A stretch of DNA of 64,000 nt from the NCBI GenBank assembly GCA_000091205.1, contig AP006491.2. One strand, given 5' to 3'. Positions 23,126 through 34,806 of this stretch are shown one piece after another. Both the position numbers and the translations under genes were made by a program. Origin of the DNA: Cyanidioschyzon merolae. Its lineage: Eukaryota. Every line of letters begins with the position of its first letter. Position 1 is the first letter of the stretch. The notes under the pieces were generated by a model. That model was not told the origin of the DNA, searched no databases, and saw nothing but the letters and a program-made list of their open reading frames with translations.

Positions 23126-23539
23126 CTGGTTTCCTGCGAATCCCAAGTCGCATCTCTGTCTGCATGCTATCGTTGGGTGCATTGCATCACAATCGGCTTT
23201 GTGTTGGCCTGGAGTCGCCGCTCTCCCGCTGTCCAGGACACGACAAAGCTGTCCCGCCTACGAAGCGCGGGCCCAAGAGCCTGTCATCGCTTCACGTTCA
23301 TCGTTGTAGATCCGTACGCGCTGGTGCTTATCACGGGCATTGGTAAAGAATACGGGGAAACGATGGAATGTGCGAGACCGGTATCCATTTGTACGGGTGT
23401 GCACGAATGGATGCGTCCGGGCGTACACGTGACGGCAGGAGTACGTGTGCTTCCGTTCACTGAATGGGTTTCAGATGAAAATAGGACATTGAACGGCTGA
23501 CTCTGTTCTTGCCTCGCGATTTTTCCGAACCCGTTAGAT

Positions 23540-24400
23540 GTACGGACTCGACATTCGACGTCCAGCAACAAAGGCTCACAGATTCACACGTTGTTTCAGA
23601 ATCGCCGGTCATCGTTTGGGAATCGCTCCTTTGATGCGTTCCAGCTGGAATTCGTTCCGTTATCGACAGTATTTATGATTCCTGACGCCTTCGAACAAGG
23701 ATCCGTAAAATAAGCGACATTATGATTCAATGCATGCGAATAGGCCTCTGTACCTCTAATTTCCTTACATCTCTCATGATCAAATCGCGTATGCTTCTAG
23801 TTTTCAAGCGTTCTATTTCGAAGCAACATGTTAGCCCAGCAATTGCTGCCGCGGGATCGACAAGAACGAAAAAAAACGACGTCTTCCGTTGCCGACACAT
23901 CCAATAGCGCATGCCGGCACTTCACTGAACTTGTCAAGTCCTATCATCGATTCAGGTTGAATAGCAATTTCTTCTCATTGTATGTTCACGAACGAAAATT
24001 CTTTCGACAGGAACACGGTGCCTCTTGCAGAATATGCTTCCAGGGGTTCCTGGCTCTTCTCTTTGTATGGAAAAGGGTCTTGAGCTTGGGCTCTAGTTCA
24101 GACAGCGATCGTTTCTAATGGAGCATGCATCACCGATGCGCACCAACTCAGCGTAGACGGATAGAAAGCTCTCGACTTGTTCTTCAACCTGAATTTTCTT
24201 GCCTGTACTTGTTTCAGCACGGTCAAGATGCCGCTCCACAAATCCCTTACTGAATGAGGCATCGTGCACTTTCGCATCCAATATCCACGATGCTCGTCGA
24301 GGGGATCACCCAGAGAACGCCCGTGATGCTTAGGCACTGCAGCGCTCGCAAAAAACGGAGCAGAGCATCGACAAGAAACTTCTGTACTCGTCACGGGGAT
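23540..24400 (-). repeat. Copy 5 of the dispersed AT-rich repeat family (reverse orientation, diverged)
   Basis: cggactcgacattcgacgtccagcaacaaagg and ccagctggaattcgttccgttatcgacag align to the 42195-42330 part of copy 2 (acattcgaagtgcagcaatagg; gtgctggaattcgttatgtcatcggaatcg). AT-richer than flanks. Confidence 0.45.
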
Positions 24401-24950
24401 GCACCCAGGGATGAAGCGAGCGTTGAGGTTTCACGAGGCAGCACGCTGACCAAACAGCGTCGTTGACATCCGGGTACACCAGAACACAATCCATGCCAGT
24501 TGTACAACGAGCGCATCGAGACTTTCTACCGAGCACATGAATCTGGCGAGCGATTCATAGACCGCGAATTTTTCGTACATGCATCAGCTATGTAAAAACA
24601 GAGCCGGAAACCGTGAAATCTGGATGCGAACGCTTCCGTCAACATTCGTCGACTGCCTCCAGCAGCGCCGCTGGAGGCACCAGCGAGACCTGCGTTCTGA
24701 AAACCAGCGATTAGAACCACGAATAGAAAGCAGTCGCCCGAAAAACCCAAAAAGACTGGCGTCCACGACACCTACAATCGACCCGAACCATTCTATGGAC
24801 GCCCGAGTTCACCAACTGGACCCGCTCCATCGTACACGGAAACAAGCGTATCCGGAGCGAGACGTAGGCGTATGGCATCGACACCCGCCTCGGTGCAATC
24901 TCCCGAAAACGAAGCTTCACGCGCTGTAGCACCACACGAGCACAACAAAC

Positions 24951-26123
24951 ATGGTGCAGGCTGCAACTACGGAGACGACCGGCTTTACAACACCAGTTTT
25001 CCTCGGTTTCGACCACATACATCTCTACGTTGGAAACTGTCTCCAGGCGGCGGTATTCTACGCGACTCGGTTCGGGTTCCGAGTCATCGGCTACCGGGGG
25101 CTCGAGACTGGCTCTCGGCGCCTGTGCAGCTACGTCCTGCAGCAGGGCCGCATCGTGTTCGTTGTTTCTTCGGCTATGAATCCTGACGATGCTGAACTAT
25201 CATCATTTCTCTCGAAGCACGGTGACGGGGTCAAGGATGTCGCGTTTGAAGTCGAGGACGCCCGAGCGGCGTTCACGTACGCTGTAGGGCGCGGCGCGCA
25301 ACCCGTACAGCCGCCCGTCGAACTCACGGACGAGAACGGCACGGTGACTGTGGCAACTGTTTCGGCTGGCTACGGCGACCTGGAGCACACGTTTATCGAT
25401 CGACGTGGCTGGCGGGGAGCGCACTTTCTGCCCGGGTTTGCTCCGCCGCCGCTCGATATGGCGGCAGAGTCGACGCTCGTCCAGGAGGTGTTCCCCGAGT
25501 GTCTGCTGTCGCAGGTGGACCACTGCGTGTCGAACCAGCCTGAACATGCCATGGAGCCGGTTGTCAACTGGTACACTGAAAAGCTGGGGTTTCATCGTTT
25601 CTGGTCTGTTGACGACAGGCAAATACACACCGAGTACTCGTCGCTGCGCTCTGTGGTGGTAACGGATGCGCACGAACGGATCAAGATGCCGGTGAACGAA
25701 CCAGCTCCCGGCAAACGTAAATCCCAAATCCAAGAATACATTGATTACTTCGGCGGGCCGGGTATTCAGCATATTGCACTGTATACACCGGACATTCTCC
25801 GCAGCGTGACCGCGTTGAGGGAGCGCGGCGTCGCCTTCATCCAAGTGCCACCAGCGTACTACACGCTGCTGCGGGAGCGACTCCACAAGGAATGTATTCA
25901 GCTGAAGGAGGACTTGGATACCATACAGCGGCTGGAGATACTCGTCGATATCGATGAAGACGGTGGGTACCTCCTGCAGACCTTTACCAAGCCGGTAAGT
26001 CATCGGCCGACACTCTTTTACGAAATCATTCAGAGACATCGGAACACGGGATTCGGTGTAGGCAATTTCAAGGCGCTGTTCGAGGCCATTGAACGCGATC
26101 AAGCGAAACGCGGAAATCTGTAG
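24951..26123 (+). CDS. HPD: 4-hydroxyphenylpyruvate dioxygenase
   Basis: Full-length collinear match: FDHIHLYVGNCLQAAVFY..FGF...HGDGVKDVAFEVED...VDHCVSNQPE..M..VVNWYTEKLGFHRFWSVDD.QIHTEYSSLRS.VV....IKMPVNEP.PGKRKSQIQEY.DY.GG.GIQHIAL.T.DI...LRERGV.F...P..YY...LLQ.F (vicinal-oxygen-chelate fold tandem domains). Confidence 0.92.
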   Translation: MVQAATTETTGFTTPVFLGFDHIHLYVGNCLQAAVFYATRFGFRVIGYRGLETGSRRLCSYVLQQGRIVFVVSSAMNPDDAELSSFLSKHGDGVKDVAFEVEDARAAFTYAVGRGAQPVQPPVELTDENGTVTVATVSAGYGDLEHTFIDRRGWRGAHFLPGFAPPPLDMAAESTLVQEVFPECLLSQVDHCVSNQPEHAMEPVVNWYTEKLGFHRFWSVDDRQIHTEYSSLRSVVVTDAHERIKMPVNEPAPGKRKSQIQEYIDYFGGPGIQHIALYTPDILRSVTALRERGVAFIQVPPAYYTLLRERLHKECIQLKEDLDTIQRLEILVDIDEDGGYLLQTFTKPVSHRPTLFYEIIQRHRNTGFGVGNFKALFEAIERDQAKRGNL

Positions 26124-26295
26124 ACATATCGGCAAGGGGTTTCACGTCTACACATGGATCCACATGGACTAGGCACCGGTATAGGCATCGATTGCCCAGG
26201 GCGGCAGCGTTGTTGTTGGCGGAGCATCCTATGCGCTCCTAGTACTGCATTCCATCGATGTCAGCGAGGGTACCTACGGTTGCTTTTCGGCGGAT

Positions 26296-26668
26296 TTCCG
26301 AGGCAAGGCGTTGTCTGATGGACGCCATCCCGATGAGCGATATCCATTGAGCAATCGGGGACCTATGGTCAGAATAGGCACACGATCGATCAGAGAGAAA
26401 GCCTGTTGGCGAGTTCACAGGCGAAGCAAGGCGTTGTCTGATGGACGCCATCCCGATGAGCGATATCCATTGAGCAATCGGGGACCTATGGTCAGAATAG
26501 GCGCGCGATCGATCAGAGAGAAAGCCTGTTGGCGAGTTCACAGGCGAAGCAAGGCGTTGTCTGATGGACGCCATCCCGATGAGCGATATCCATTGAGCAA
26601 TCGGGGACCTATGGTCAGAATAGGCACACGATCGATCAGAGAGAAAGCCTGTTGGCGAGTTCACAGGC
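26296..26668. repeat. 123-bp minisatellite, 3 units, open reading frames on both strands
   Basis: The unit containing ggcgaagcaaggcgttgtctgatggacgccatcccgatgagcgatatccattgagcaatcggggacctatggtcagaataggc...gagttcacag recurs at 26411, 26534 and 26657 (period 123), with single-base variants. It lies between the 3' ends of HPD (+) and a minus-strand ORF. Confidence 0.9.
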
Positions 26669-26899
26669 GAGGCGCTTTCAGGGCGCTACACGTGAAACGC
26701 CGTACATGCACAAGTGCGTGCATGGACGACGGACTGCAAGCGGAACGTGTATCCGACACGAATGCTTGCACCGCCCGCAAAGATACAAAAACACATAAGG
26801 TGCAGTGTAAAAGGCATGGGTACAAACCTCTATCCTCAGGCGAATCGCAAATCGCTACAAGCAGCTCGGGCATTGTGTATCAGAAACAGTTAGTGGCTC

Positions 26900-26968
26900 C
26901 GGTTCGTGGTTGCTGCTGCTACTGCTACTACTGTTGTTGCTGCTGTTGTCGTTGTTCTTGCTGTTGCT
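26900..26968. repeat. (TGC/TGT/TAC)n trinucleotide microsatellite
   Basis: tgctgctgctactgctactactgttgttgctgctgttgtcgttgttcttgctgttgctg seen directly. Confidence 0.8.
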
Positions 26969-27030
26969 GGTGGCAAGGCCTGCGCTGCGGGCTCGCAGAT
27001 GGCGTCGTTGCATCCACATCGAAGCGCCCC

Positions 27031-28854
27031 TCACCAGAAGAGCCATCTTGGCGCGTCCAAGGGCGGTTGCAATACCGCCGTGGAATGCTGCAATGTCGTC
27101 CAGCCTCCGATCAAAAGGCGTTTCAGTGCGCTACTGATGAGCTTCTCAAGGGCATGCAGCGGCACCATCGAGAGCGCTGACGATAAACTGCCCTGTAGCG
27201 CAGGATGATACGCAATCGTTGAGGCCTGGTCCAGACGATCTCGTCTGGACAACATGTCATTCATTTTTGCAGCTGTTTGAACAGGTGCGCCATCTGCTCG
27301 GTTCATGGCACCGCTGTCTGGCGTTGTGTGACACTTGTCCAGCGATGGTGAATACTCTTGTCGACGCACAAGTCGCTGTTGCTGCTGCTGCTGCTGCTGC
27401 TGCTGACGAAAGTGCATTTCGTTCATGGTCAGCAAATAGGAGCGTACTGCCTCAGAGACTGCCGCAGAGGCCACCTCCTTTAAAACCTCCTTCTCTTGCA
27501 GAGCCACTCGGGTGATTCGTTCGAGAAACGGCGACGTCGGTGCGCTAGCAGCGGTCGTCGACACCGCCACTGGCGAGCTCTCCACCATCGTTTGCGTCCG
27601 ATCAAGGTCCGACGCCGAACTCGCTATGTCTCGCAGAGGTGCCCGGTCTCGTGAAGCATGTAGCGCGCGAACCGGTGTCGCTTCAGACGGCAAGCATTCC
27701 GATGCAAAAGTCACTGCTAAAGCGCGTGCCGCATCAGCCGGTCTCGCCAACCGTGGCGACGGAGACGAAGCAACCCCCATCGAGCGACCATGGTCAGGAT
27801 GACGTTCCTGGCCGCCATCCTCCAGCAGGATAGGCATAGCGGCTGCAACAGCAGCTGCGACGCTCTCGCTGACAAGCCGGCGTCCCGCTTCGGTGGAAGC
27901 GAAATTCAAAAGCACCGACAGGAAACGAAACCGTGCAGCATCAGCGACACCACTTGCCGCGCGTCTCTGCGAACGTTCTTCCTGGTCAGCAGCCAGATGC
28001 GCTCGAACAGCTTCAGAGACGGCGGCACAAACAATGGTTTGGGTGAAACGTAGCCCCGACTCGCCGCTATCGATCAGAAGCGACAACCACTCAGTGGACC
28101 AGTGCCCGGTGGTGCCGTTCGATGACCCCCAAAGCCCATTGCGACGCTTTTGTCCTTCTAGCTTCGCTGTTGCACCCTCCTGTGGTGTGTTCTTCGAGTG
28201 CAGCTCGCGGAAGACTGCAACCAATGATGGACGTAGCCCGAGTGGCGACGCAGCCGCCGCTGGCCGGCTCAGAGACCGCTGCGGTGCTGTGTCGTGCTCA
28301 CGGGCTGCACGCACCGCAGCGCTCACAAGGTCCGCCAGAAGCGACCGCACGGGTTCTCGGCAGAGCAAAGAGAGCAAGCGCTCCAGACGTTCGGTCGCAG
28401 CTGCGTCCGCAGTATCGGGAGCAAACGCAGAGCGCAGGTCGCGAGCAGCCTCCGCAGTGACCTCGCCCAGGTCAGAGACAGCGTCTGCTAGTCGTTGGGC
28501 ACGCTGGTGTTGCACCCGCAGCCACTGACATAGCGACTGACCTTGGCCAAGCCCAACACGAACGCCCTCGTACACGAGGAGTGCACGCAGCGCCCGCGAT
28601 AACTGCCAGAGCCACCGTGGCGATGCACGCTTCCCAGTGTTCGCTTGGTGGCCTCTACCGGCTAGCCAGAAAACGAGAAGGGAAGAAACTGCCGCCACTA
28701 TTTCAGTCTTCAAAAATGATAAGCTCGTGGGACGTGTCTCGTTCAGCGACGCAGGCTCCTGTCGTTGACTGCTCGTGGCGGCTGCAGGTCGCCGTGCCGC
28801 AGCGACTTGCTCCATGCCTTTTAAAACCAGCTTTGCGCCGTAAACCGCCGGCAC
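27031..28854 (-). CDS. Hypothetical low-complexity Ala/Ser/Arg-rich protein with polyQ tract and an internally duplicated AAVSEAVR motif
   Basis: 607-aa ORF. A (CAG)10 tract is encoded at ~27365-27400. An internal repeat VCAAVSEAVRAHL / ASAAVSEAVRSYL suggests it is not purely spurious. There is no homology anchor, and long opposite-strand ORFs overlap it in this GC-rich stretch. Confidence 0.3.
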   Translation of the reverse strand: MPAVYGAKLVLKGMEQVAAARRPAAATSSQRQEPASLNETRPTSLSFLKTEIVAAVSSLLVFWLAGRGHQANTGKRASPRWLWQLSRALRALLVYEGVRVGLGQGQSLCQWLRVQHQRAQRLADAVSDLGEVTAEAARDLRSAFAPDTADAAATERLERLLSLLCREPVRSLLADLVSAAVRAAREHDTAPQRSLSRPAAAASPLGLRPSLVAVFRELHSKNTPQEGATAKLEGQKRRNGLWGSSNGTTGHWSTEWLSLLIDSGESGLRFTQTIVCAAVSEAVRAHLAADQEERSQRRAASGVADAARFRFLSVLLNFASTEAGRRLVSESVAAAVAAAMPILLEDGGQERHPDHGRSMGVASSPSPRLARPADAARALAVTFASECLPSEATPVRALHASRDRAPLRDIASSASDLDRTQTMVESSPVAVSTTAASAPTSPFLERITRVALQEKEVLKEVASAAVSEAVRSYLLTMNEMHFRQQQQQQQQQQRLVRRQEYSPSLDKCHTTPDSGAMNRADGAPVQTAAKMNDMLSRRDRLDQASTIAYHPALQGSLSSALSMVPLHALEKLISSALKRLLIGGWTTLQHSTAVLQPPLDAPRWLFW

Positions 28855-29161
28855 TCACGTACCATAGGCAGCGCGAACGCTTCCGCAAATTCAAAGTATG
28901 CACGAGAAACCAGCGTGTCCGGTTCGTCGAGGGAAAACCCCCCAGAAGCACCAGTCTTCCCAGCGGAAATAGCGCTGATGCGAAACAGACCGGAATGCCG
29001 GTGCCTGGTGGAGGACCTCCAGCGGAGCGCGTCGCCCAGTGCAGCGCATCTCGAACAGACCGCTTCAGGGACGCTGCGACTTTGGTACGCTCAAATGATG
29101 GGTTGAAGCTTCGTTTGGCATCGGCGTTACTGGATCTGAATTCGTCGAAGCGACGGTCTGA

Positions 29162-30583
29162 ATGTTTCTGCGCCTCCACCAACGTTGGCCGTGGCGGAAC
29201 TATGGACCGTGGCGCGGACGATGGCTGCTGCCTGCGAGGGACGCAGGGACGCCAGCGTGCAGGAAACAGGTGTCTGTCGTGGAGCAGTCGCGTCAATCAG
29301 TGCTCGACTGGCGATTCAATAGACTGCTCCAGGCAGGTTTCTACGGACTCGGCTCCCTGCTGGCGTACGGTCGAGCACCGGCAGTGCGCTGGACAAGCAG
29401 CGGCAGCGTACCGCAGCGTGAAGCCCCCATTATCGCCAAAACGCTGCAGCCCGTACAACCTACTGGAACTACCGCAGATGCTGGCAAGAGTACGTCGGAA
29501 GGAGAGCCCTGGGCGAGTCTCGGGAGCTCGAGTGCACCCACTGCAGAGCTGCTGGCGCTCGAGATTCGCGCCGAGTCCCCGCACGCCTTCATCCAGCGAC
29601 GACTTGCAAAGGCACTACTCGCTGCTCGGCTTCGCTTACCGTTGCGTGACTTGCGCGTCGTCGATCCAGCGTTCCGGAATGAAGCTCCAGTCGTGCTCGC
29701 CCGACAGAGCGCAATCGTGATTCACCTCGAACACATCCGCGCTGTGGTCGAAGCTGATCGGGTCACGCTGTTCGACCCCGAGCAACCCGCAGTCGAGGCG
29801 TTCCTCCCGCAGCTGCACGCTCGCCTGGCACTGTCGAGTCCGCGTCCCGCGTTGCCGTTTGAGCTGCGAGCTTTGGAATCCATCCTGGTGGATGTCTGTA
29901 ACAGCCTCATGCGTGAGATGCGGTATCTGGTTCCTGGCATTGAGTCCTTGCTTAGAGCGCTCTCCAGCGACGACGTTGCGGGAGCGACTGCCTCAGCGGC
30001 CGCTGCTGCGGATGCCAGCACCACACCGAACAGTACCGCTGGCGATGCCTCCTCGATCCCACCTGATGTGATCATGCTCGATCGTTTGCTTGGTGCCAAG
30101 AACAAACTGAACGAATTACAGAATCGGGCGACCCAACTGCGCAACGCATTGAATGAGGTGCTACTTAGCGACGAGGATATGTCAGAGATGTATTTGAGTA
30201 CCAAAGCGGAGAGCGGTCATCGACGACGTGTTGATCAGCACGAGGAGGTAGAGATGATGTTTGAGAACTACCTCAAACAAATCGATAGTTTGGTTTCAGA
30301 GATTGCCTCTCGTACGCAAGCGATCCAGAGTACCGAAGACTTTGTGCAGATCAAACTGGATGCGCTGAGGAATCGCATTTTGCGGCTGGATTTGGTTTTG
30401 AAGCTGGGCTCGGTATCTTTGAGCTCGGGTGCGCTGGTAGCCGCCATATTTGGGATGAACCTGCACAGCACGCTGGAAGAGAGTCAGCTCGCGTTCTTGA
30501 GCGTCACTGGCGGCCTCGTGGGTATAAGCGGCCTTGTGTTTCTCGGTGGTGCTGCGTACTGCCGCTATAAACGTTTACTGTAA
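29162..30583 (+). CDS. MRS2: Mitochondrial inner-membrane Mg2+ channel MRS2/LPE10 (CorA superfamily)
   Basis: RDLRVVDP...AIVIHLEHIRAVVEADRVTLFD (Mrs2 N-domain pattern), coiled region, two C-terminal TM helices with the G-M-N signature (AAIFGMNLHS), and a basic C-tail. The N-terminal ~100 aa are presequence-like. Confidence 0.85.
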   Translation: MFLRLHQRWPWRNYGPWRGRWLLPARDAGTPACRKQVSVVEQSRQSVLDWRFNRLLQAGFYGLGSLLAYGRAPAVRWTSSGSVPQREAPIIAKTLQPVQPTGTTADAGKSTSEGEPWASLGSSSAPTAELLALEIRAESPHAFIQRRLAKALLAARLRLPLRDLRVVDPAFRNEAPVVLARQSAIVIHLEHIRAVVEADRVTLFDPEQPAVEAFLPQLHARLALSSPRPALPFELRALESILVDVCNSLMREMRYLVPGIESLLRALSSDDVAGATASAAAAADASTTPNSTAGDASSIPPDVIMLDRLLGAKNKLNELQNRATQLRNALNEVLLSDEDMSEMYLSTKAESGHRRRVDQHEEVEMMFENYLKQIDSLVSEIASRTQAIQSTEDFVQIKLDALRNRILRLDLVLKLGSVSLSSGALVAAIFGMNLHSTLEESQLAFLSVTGGLVGISGLVFLGGAAYCRYKRLL

Positions 30584-31226
30584 GCGGCGCAGTGCCGGCA
30601 TGTGCCGCTCGGCGGCGTTGCGTCGGGACCTGCGCACTTGCTCGGGGCCTAGTGCCAGTGTATCCGGGTGTCATTTGTTGTGGCAGACGTATTCCGACTG
30701 GTTAGAATTCGGGAAATGGAATCCGAAAGCAGGGCAAACATGCTCCCTAAGAATGACTCTGGTGTCTGCGGCTGCAGTGGCTGGTGCGGCTGCCGACGCA
30801 GGTTGCGAACAGGATCGAACGACGTGGACGAGCGGTGTCTGGGCCCGGCACGACTCAGACGCGAGCTTTCCACGTACCGAGAAACCGGACAGCTTGGACG
30901 CTGCGGCGACTCTACGTGGTATCCTCAGAAGAAGCGCTGCAGCAGCTGCGGGAACGCTGCACAACCGCAAGTCACTGGCTGAGCGTAAACTGGGTAACCA
31001 GCACGCCTACGCATCGCGTACCTGGACAGATATGCCGCTACCTAACGCATTGAGCAGGCAGGGACGTTCTTGCGCTGTGCACTACGGTACGCGCATGTCA
31101 TTCCATGCAACGTCGTGCCATTTCTGTTTGTGGTATACGAACACCACTTTCGATGATAGCGTCCATTTGGCGGATAGGTTCGCGAAGTGCGTCCCCGAAC
31201 GTAAGCTCGCTTTGATTTACACACAC

Positions 31227-31246
31227 ACACACACACACCCGTGAGC
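31227..31246. repeat. (CA)n dinucleotide microsatellite
   Basis: acacacacacacacacacac seen directly. A second (CA)n lies at 12784-12801. Confidence 0.85.
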
Positions 31247-32249
31247 ATTGAGTACGAGTATCCCACCTGAATCCCGAAACGAAACAAGGCGGACGCGGGA
31301 TGGGAAGGTTCCACGGGAGGCGGGGCGCTCGTCAGGAGCGTCTCACGCAGGGCACGGCACAGCACAAGCGCTCGTGCATGAACAGCACCGCCCGCGTCTT
31401 CTTGGTAGTACGAGGTCTCGCGTACCTGAGGCGCACGCGAGTCCACTGATTCGCGCACCTCGTCACTGGTGGATCCCGAGCAAACGCCTGCGTCAGGAAT
31501 CAGCGGTACATGCGATAAACGTCCACCGAGGAGCGACTCGGCACCCGAGAACCAGCCTCAAAACCACGTTTCCCGAATCGTCGTGCAGCGCTGGCATGCA
31601 TGCAGCCATGCGTCGTAGTCTTGTGGAGCAGAAACTGACGACAGGATCCCGCCCTGCATCGGGTTGGCGCCCTCAGTTGTATGGCAGCGCTGTTCTGTTT
31701 CCGTGATGCATCGGCCCCAGCGTTTGAGGCGCCATTACTGGTGCCCAAAGCAGGCACTCGGCGCACATTAGAGCGAACAAAACGACCAGTGCATCCGAAA
31801 GGAAGTACAAGTAACGGAACTTGGAGGTAGATGCGTCACGATGGACACATTCTCCAAATCCAGCATCCGTCCGGCAGTCTGGGATCCGTGGTCAATTACA
31901 GACGTTTTGTCATCGAAGTAAATCAGCGCACGCACACGCACGCTCGTATCCTGCAGCGCATGGACCGGGGCGCTGTGTGCCGGGTGTCGCCGCCAATGCG
32001 CGCGCATCGCAAGCTACACATTTCTTTACTTTTTTGAATATAACGGTCAGTTCGATGTTGGACGCTACGATCGCCATCAGGCGTCTGAGAGGCGCGCCTG
32101 CGCGTGCGCAGCGGCTGGCTACCGGCCGGCACGCGTCACGCGTCACGCGTCACGCGCATCCCGATCGCCAGCGCATCGCCATTGCGAGCGTTTCGATTGT
32201 GCGTCTCGCGCTTGCGCTGTGACGTCCAGCCAGGTACGAACTCGTAGCC

Positions 32250-32969
32250 ATGACCACAGACCCGAGTAGCAGCGATCGCACAACACCGGAGAACGGTATT
32301 CATATAAAGGCAAAAGAGATGGTTCAGCGTCTCGACGAAGAGTTTTCGCGTTTTCCGCGGATCGAACCAGCCTATACGACGGTTAAGCGGCGCGTTCAGC
32401 GGGTAGTCGACGATCCTCGCGTGCGCACGGCGTACGAGACCGAGGTCAAGCCACGCGTCAGGGCGGCGGTGACGCGCCTCGAGGGCGTTGAGCTTTTCAC
32501 CCTGCGCGTGTTTGTGGCGCTTCTGTACCAACTGGAAAGCGTGCTGGACGGTATGCTGCACCGGTTCGGGGAGAGCGCGCCTGCCTCTCATGCCGCACAG
32601 CAGTCGTCCGGTGCAGGAGCGGAACCAGACGAATGTAGTCCTGTTTCAGCAGCGGACTCATTGGATACAGCTATTCGCAAGTTGAGAGCACGGGCGTGCC
32701 GTGTGCGCGTCCAGGTCGTGGAGCTGCTGAACGCCTCAGTTGCTGGCGCTCGTCGCGTGGGCGACCAGGCGGGCACTTTCTTGGCCGATGAACGCACAGT
32801 TCTCTACCGCTACGCCAAGTCGCTGGTCGTCCGTCTCCTCTCGATGCTGAGGTCGCTCGCTGACTACGGCTTGAACGCTCTGGGTAAGGAGTATACACCG
32901 GTATCGGTACCGGTACCTCCGGGGCAGAGCGGCGCAGCAGAGGCAAGTCAAGCGTCGGGCGTGCTATGA
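32250..32969 (+). CDS. Hypothetical protein (239 aa), no recognisable domain
   Basis: Isolated ORF with balanced composition and charged helical-looking segments (VQRLDEEFSRF..; RVRVQVVELLNASVAG). No homology recognised. Confidence 0.35.
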   Translation: MTTDPSSSDRTTPENGIHIKAKEMVQRLDEEFSRFPRIEPAYTTVKRRVQRVVDDPRVRTAYETEVKPRVRAAVTRLEGVELFTLRVFVALLYQLESVLDGMLHRFGESAPASHAAQQSSGAGAEPDECSPVSAADSLDTAIRKLRARACRVRVQVVELLNASVAGARRVGDQAGTFLADERTVLYRYAKSLVVRLLSMLRSLADYGLNALGKEYTPVSVPVPPGQSGAAEASQASGVL

Positions 32970-34202
32970 GGCGCCGTTTTCTGCGTATATGGCAGATTTC
33001 GTAGCTGTTCTTCGCTGCAGACATTCCTGTGTACGAAAAGCCGCCAATTGTTTCTGTAATCTCTGTAATGTAATCGATGTTATCCGTGCGCTTGTTGGTG
33101 TCGTACGTGACCAAATCTAGTCCCTTGTAAAGTCGATATCTATGTCACCGGGAAAACCGAAAAGAAAGCCCTGCGTATCGCACCTGCTCAAGCGATTCTC
33201 CGAACGATATCGATCGCTGTGGTCAGTGAGCGTCCACGAACGCAGCAACAGCGTGTTCACTCTCCGAGCAACGCACAAGCTCCTCGGGAGTGCCTCACGT
33301 CATCGACCTGATTCAGGTGCATGCAGCGGGAGTCCTCGATGCATTCGCGTTTTTCGGATAGAGCACGCGTTCCAGTGACCAGGTGGCTCTCAGATGCACA
33401 GCTCCATCGTGCACATGTCGAATGCGGCATCGTGAACATCGTGATGATTCATTTTGCACCATGATGCACAGTCGACGCCTGACCGTACCAGCAATCCGGG
33501 TTTTCTGGGCCGCGGTCACCTCAGCTGGCGACCAGCATCGATACAGTACCGTGATCCTGGCGCCTGCGTCGAGGCACTGACCGCCGTACCGGTCGTGTGC
33601 GCATCCGCCAGTCTGCTGGACAGTGCGCGTGCATCTCGAAGCCGAGTAATCAAAACAGTATGCGTCTCTCTGGTATCCGGCGTATTCTGGAAGCGTCTGT
33701 TGCGCTCCTGGATACATGCCCCCAGGCGCCCGACACCTCCGTATCGCTCGATATCCCGCCCGAAAAGCTAAACACCCGCAAAGCACCTCAATACCGCTCG
33801 CGCGCTGTGTGGCACCAGACGCAAGCGCACTGCACTCCATGGATTGCAGGCTCCATCACGCCTCTGTGCCTAGGGATCGCATCTGTCGACGAAATGCGAT
33901 TGCTGCCCAGGTCACTGGGCACCGCGCACGCCCGTCCAGAGGATCCCTGTGCGATGCCTCGATGCGCGGCGTTGCAAGATCGCCTGGACACGAACCGCCG
34001 GCGATCGGGCCAGCTGCCCGCTGCGCTGCACGCATGTGTCACGCGTGCAATGTGACATCGCACCGCGGCGCCCACGCCGTCGCTTCAGCGCCATCCCGCG
34101 ATATCACTTTTCGCATGGTAGGGCACGGCTTTCGCGCTCTGTAGCAGCTGCGGTGCTGTGAAGCGAGCGCACGTTCGGTAGTGCGAGGGAGCGTTTGGAA
34201 AC

Positions 34203-34373
34203 ATGGGCCACGCAGATATATGGAATAGCCATCCGAAGGATCATTGCAAGGGATCCCGTCGTTGTCGGGTGTGTAAGGCGCACCAGGGACTCATCCGCAA
34301 GTACGGACTGAACATGTGTCGACGCTGCTTCCGCGAGCACGCGAACAAGATCGGCTTCCAAAAGTATCGCTGA
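34203..34373 (+). CDS. RPS29: 40S ribosomal protein S29 (eS29), zinc-binding
   Basis: Not in the ORF table (56 aa): [56 protein letters not shown] with a C-x2-C...C-x2-C zinc knuckle and a TGA stop at 34371. AATAAA lies ~75 bp downstream. Confidence 0.93.
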   Translation: MGHADIWNSHPKDHCKGSRRCRVCKAHQGLIRKYGLNMCRRCFREHANKIGFQKYR

Positions 34374-34806
34374 GCAGAACGACGAGCGCGTTTCCATGTC
34401 GATCGGAGGACCATTCATTCCTATAGTTTTGGGATAGAATAAAACCTGTTTCAGTTCTGGTGTAATAGGCACCAGGACTCGCACACGAACGGCTGCCGCT
34501 GCTGCTATGTATTTACGACTTGTGTGTGCGTATTTGAGGCAACCGGGGTCGGTACGGCCTCGCTGCCGAATCGAACGCGGTGAACGAAAGCGTTTCGGAG
34601 CTGTTCGTAGGGCGGGTGCGACCTTGGTCGTGCGCAGAGCACGCGTGCATGCTAGTGCGCAGACATATCGACAGTTGAACGCTGCTGGTGCATATCTAGT
34701 ATAAAATCAAAGCGTTTACGAGATTCAATAGTGCTTTCCTCTGGTCTGCGCGTCGCGTTGTTTCCGCTCGCAGACCCAGCCTTCCGCCGTGCGTGGATCC
34801 GCTCGC

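Noticed and set aside
26296-26668. Regularly spaced near-identical direct repeats (also 49140-49740, 21116-21392) that superficially resemble a CRISPR array
   Set aside because: The units are contiguous with no unique spacers. The periods (123, 57, 69 bp) are multiples of 3 and lie in a eukaryotic gene context (ribosomal eS29/uS12, Sec1, Rae1). There are no cas genes. They are minisatellites and coding repeats.
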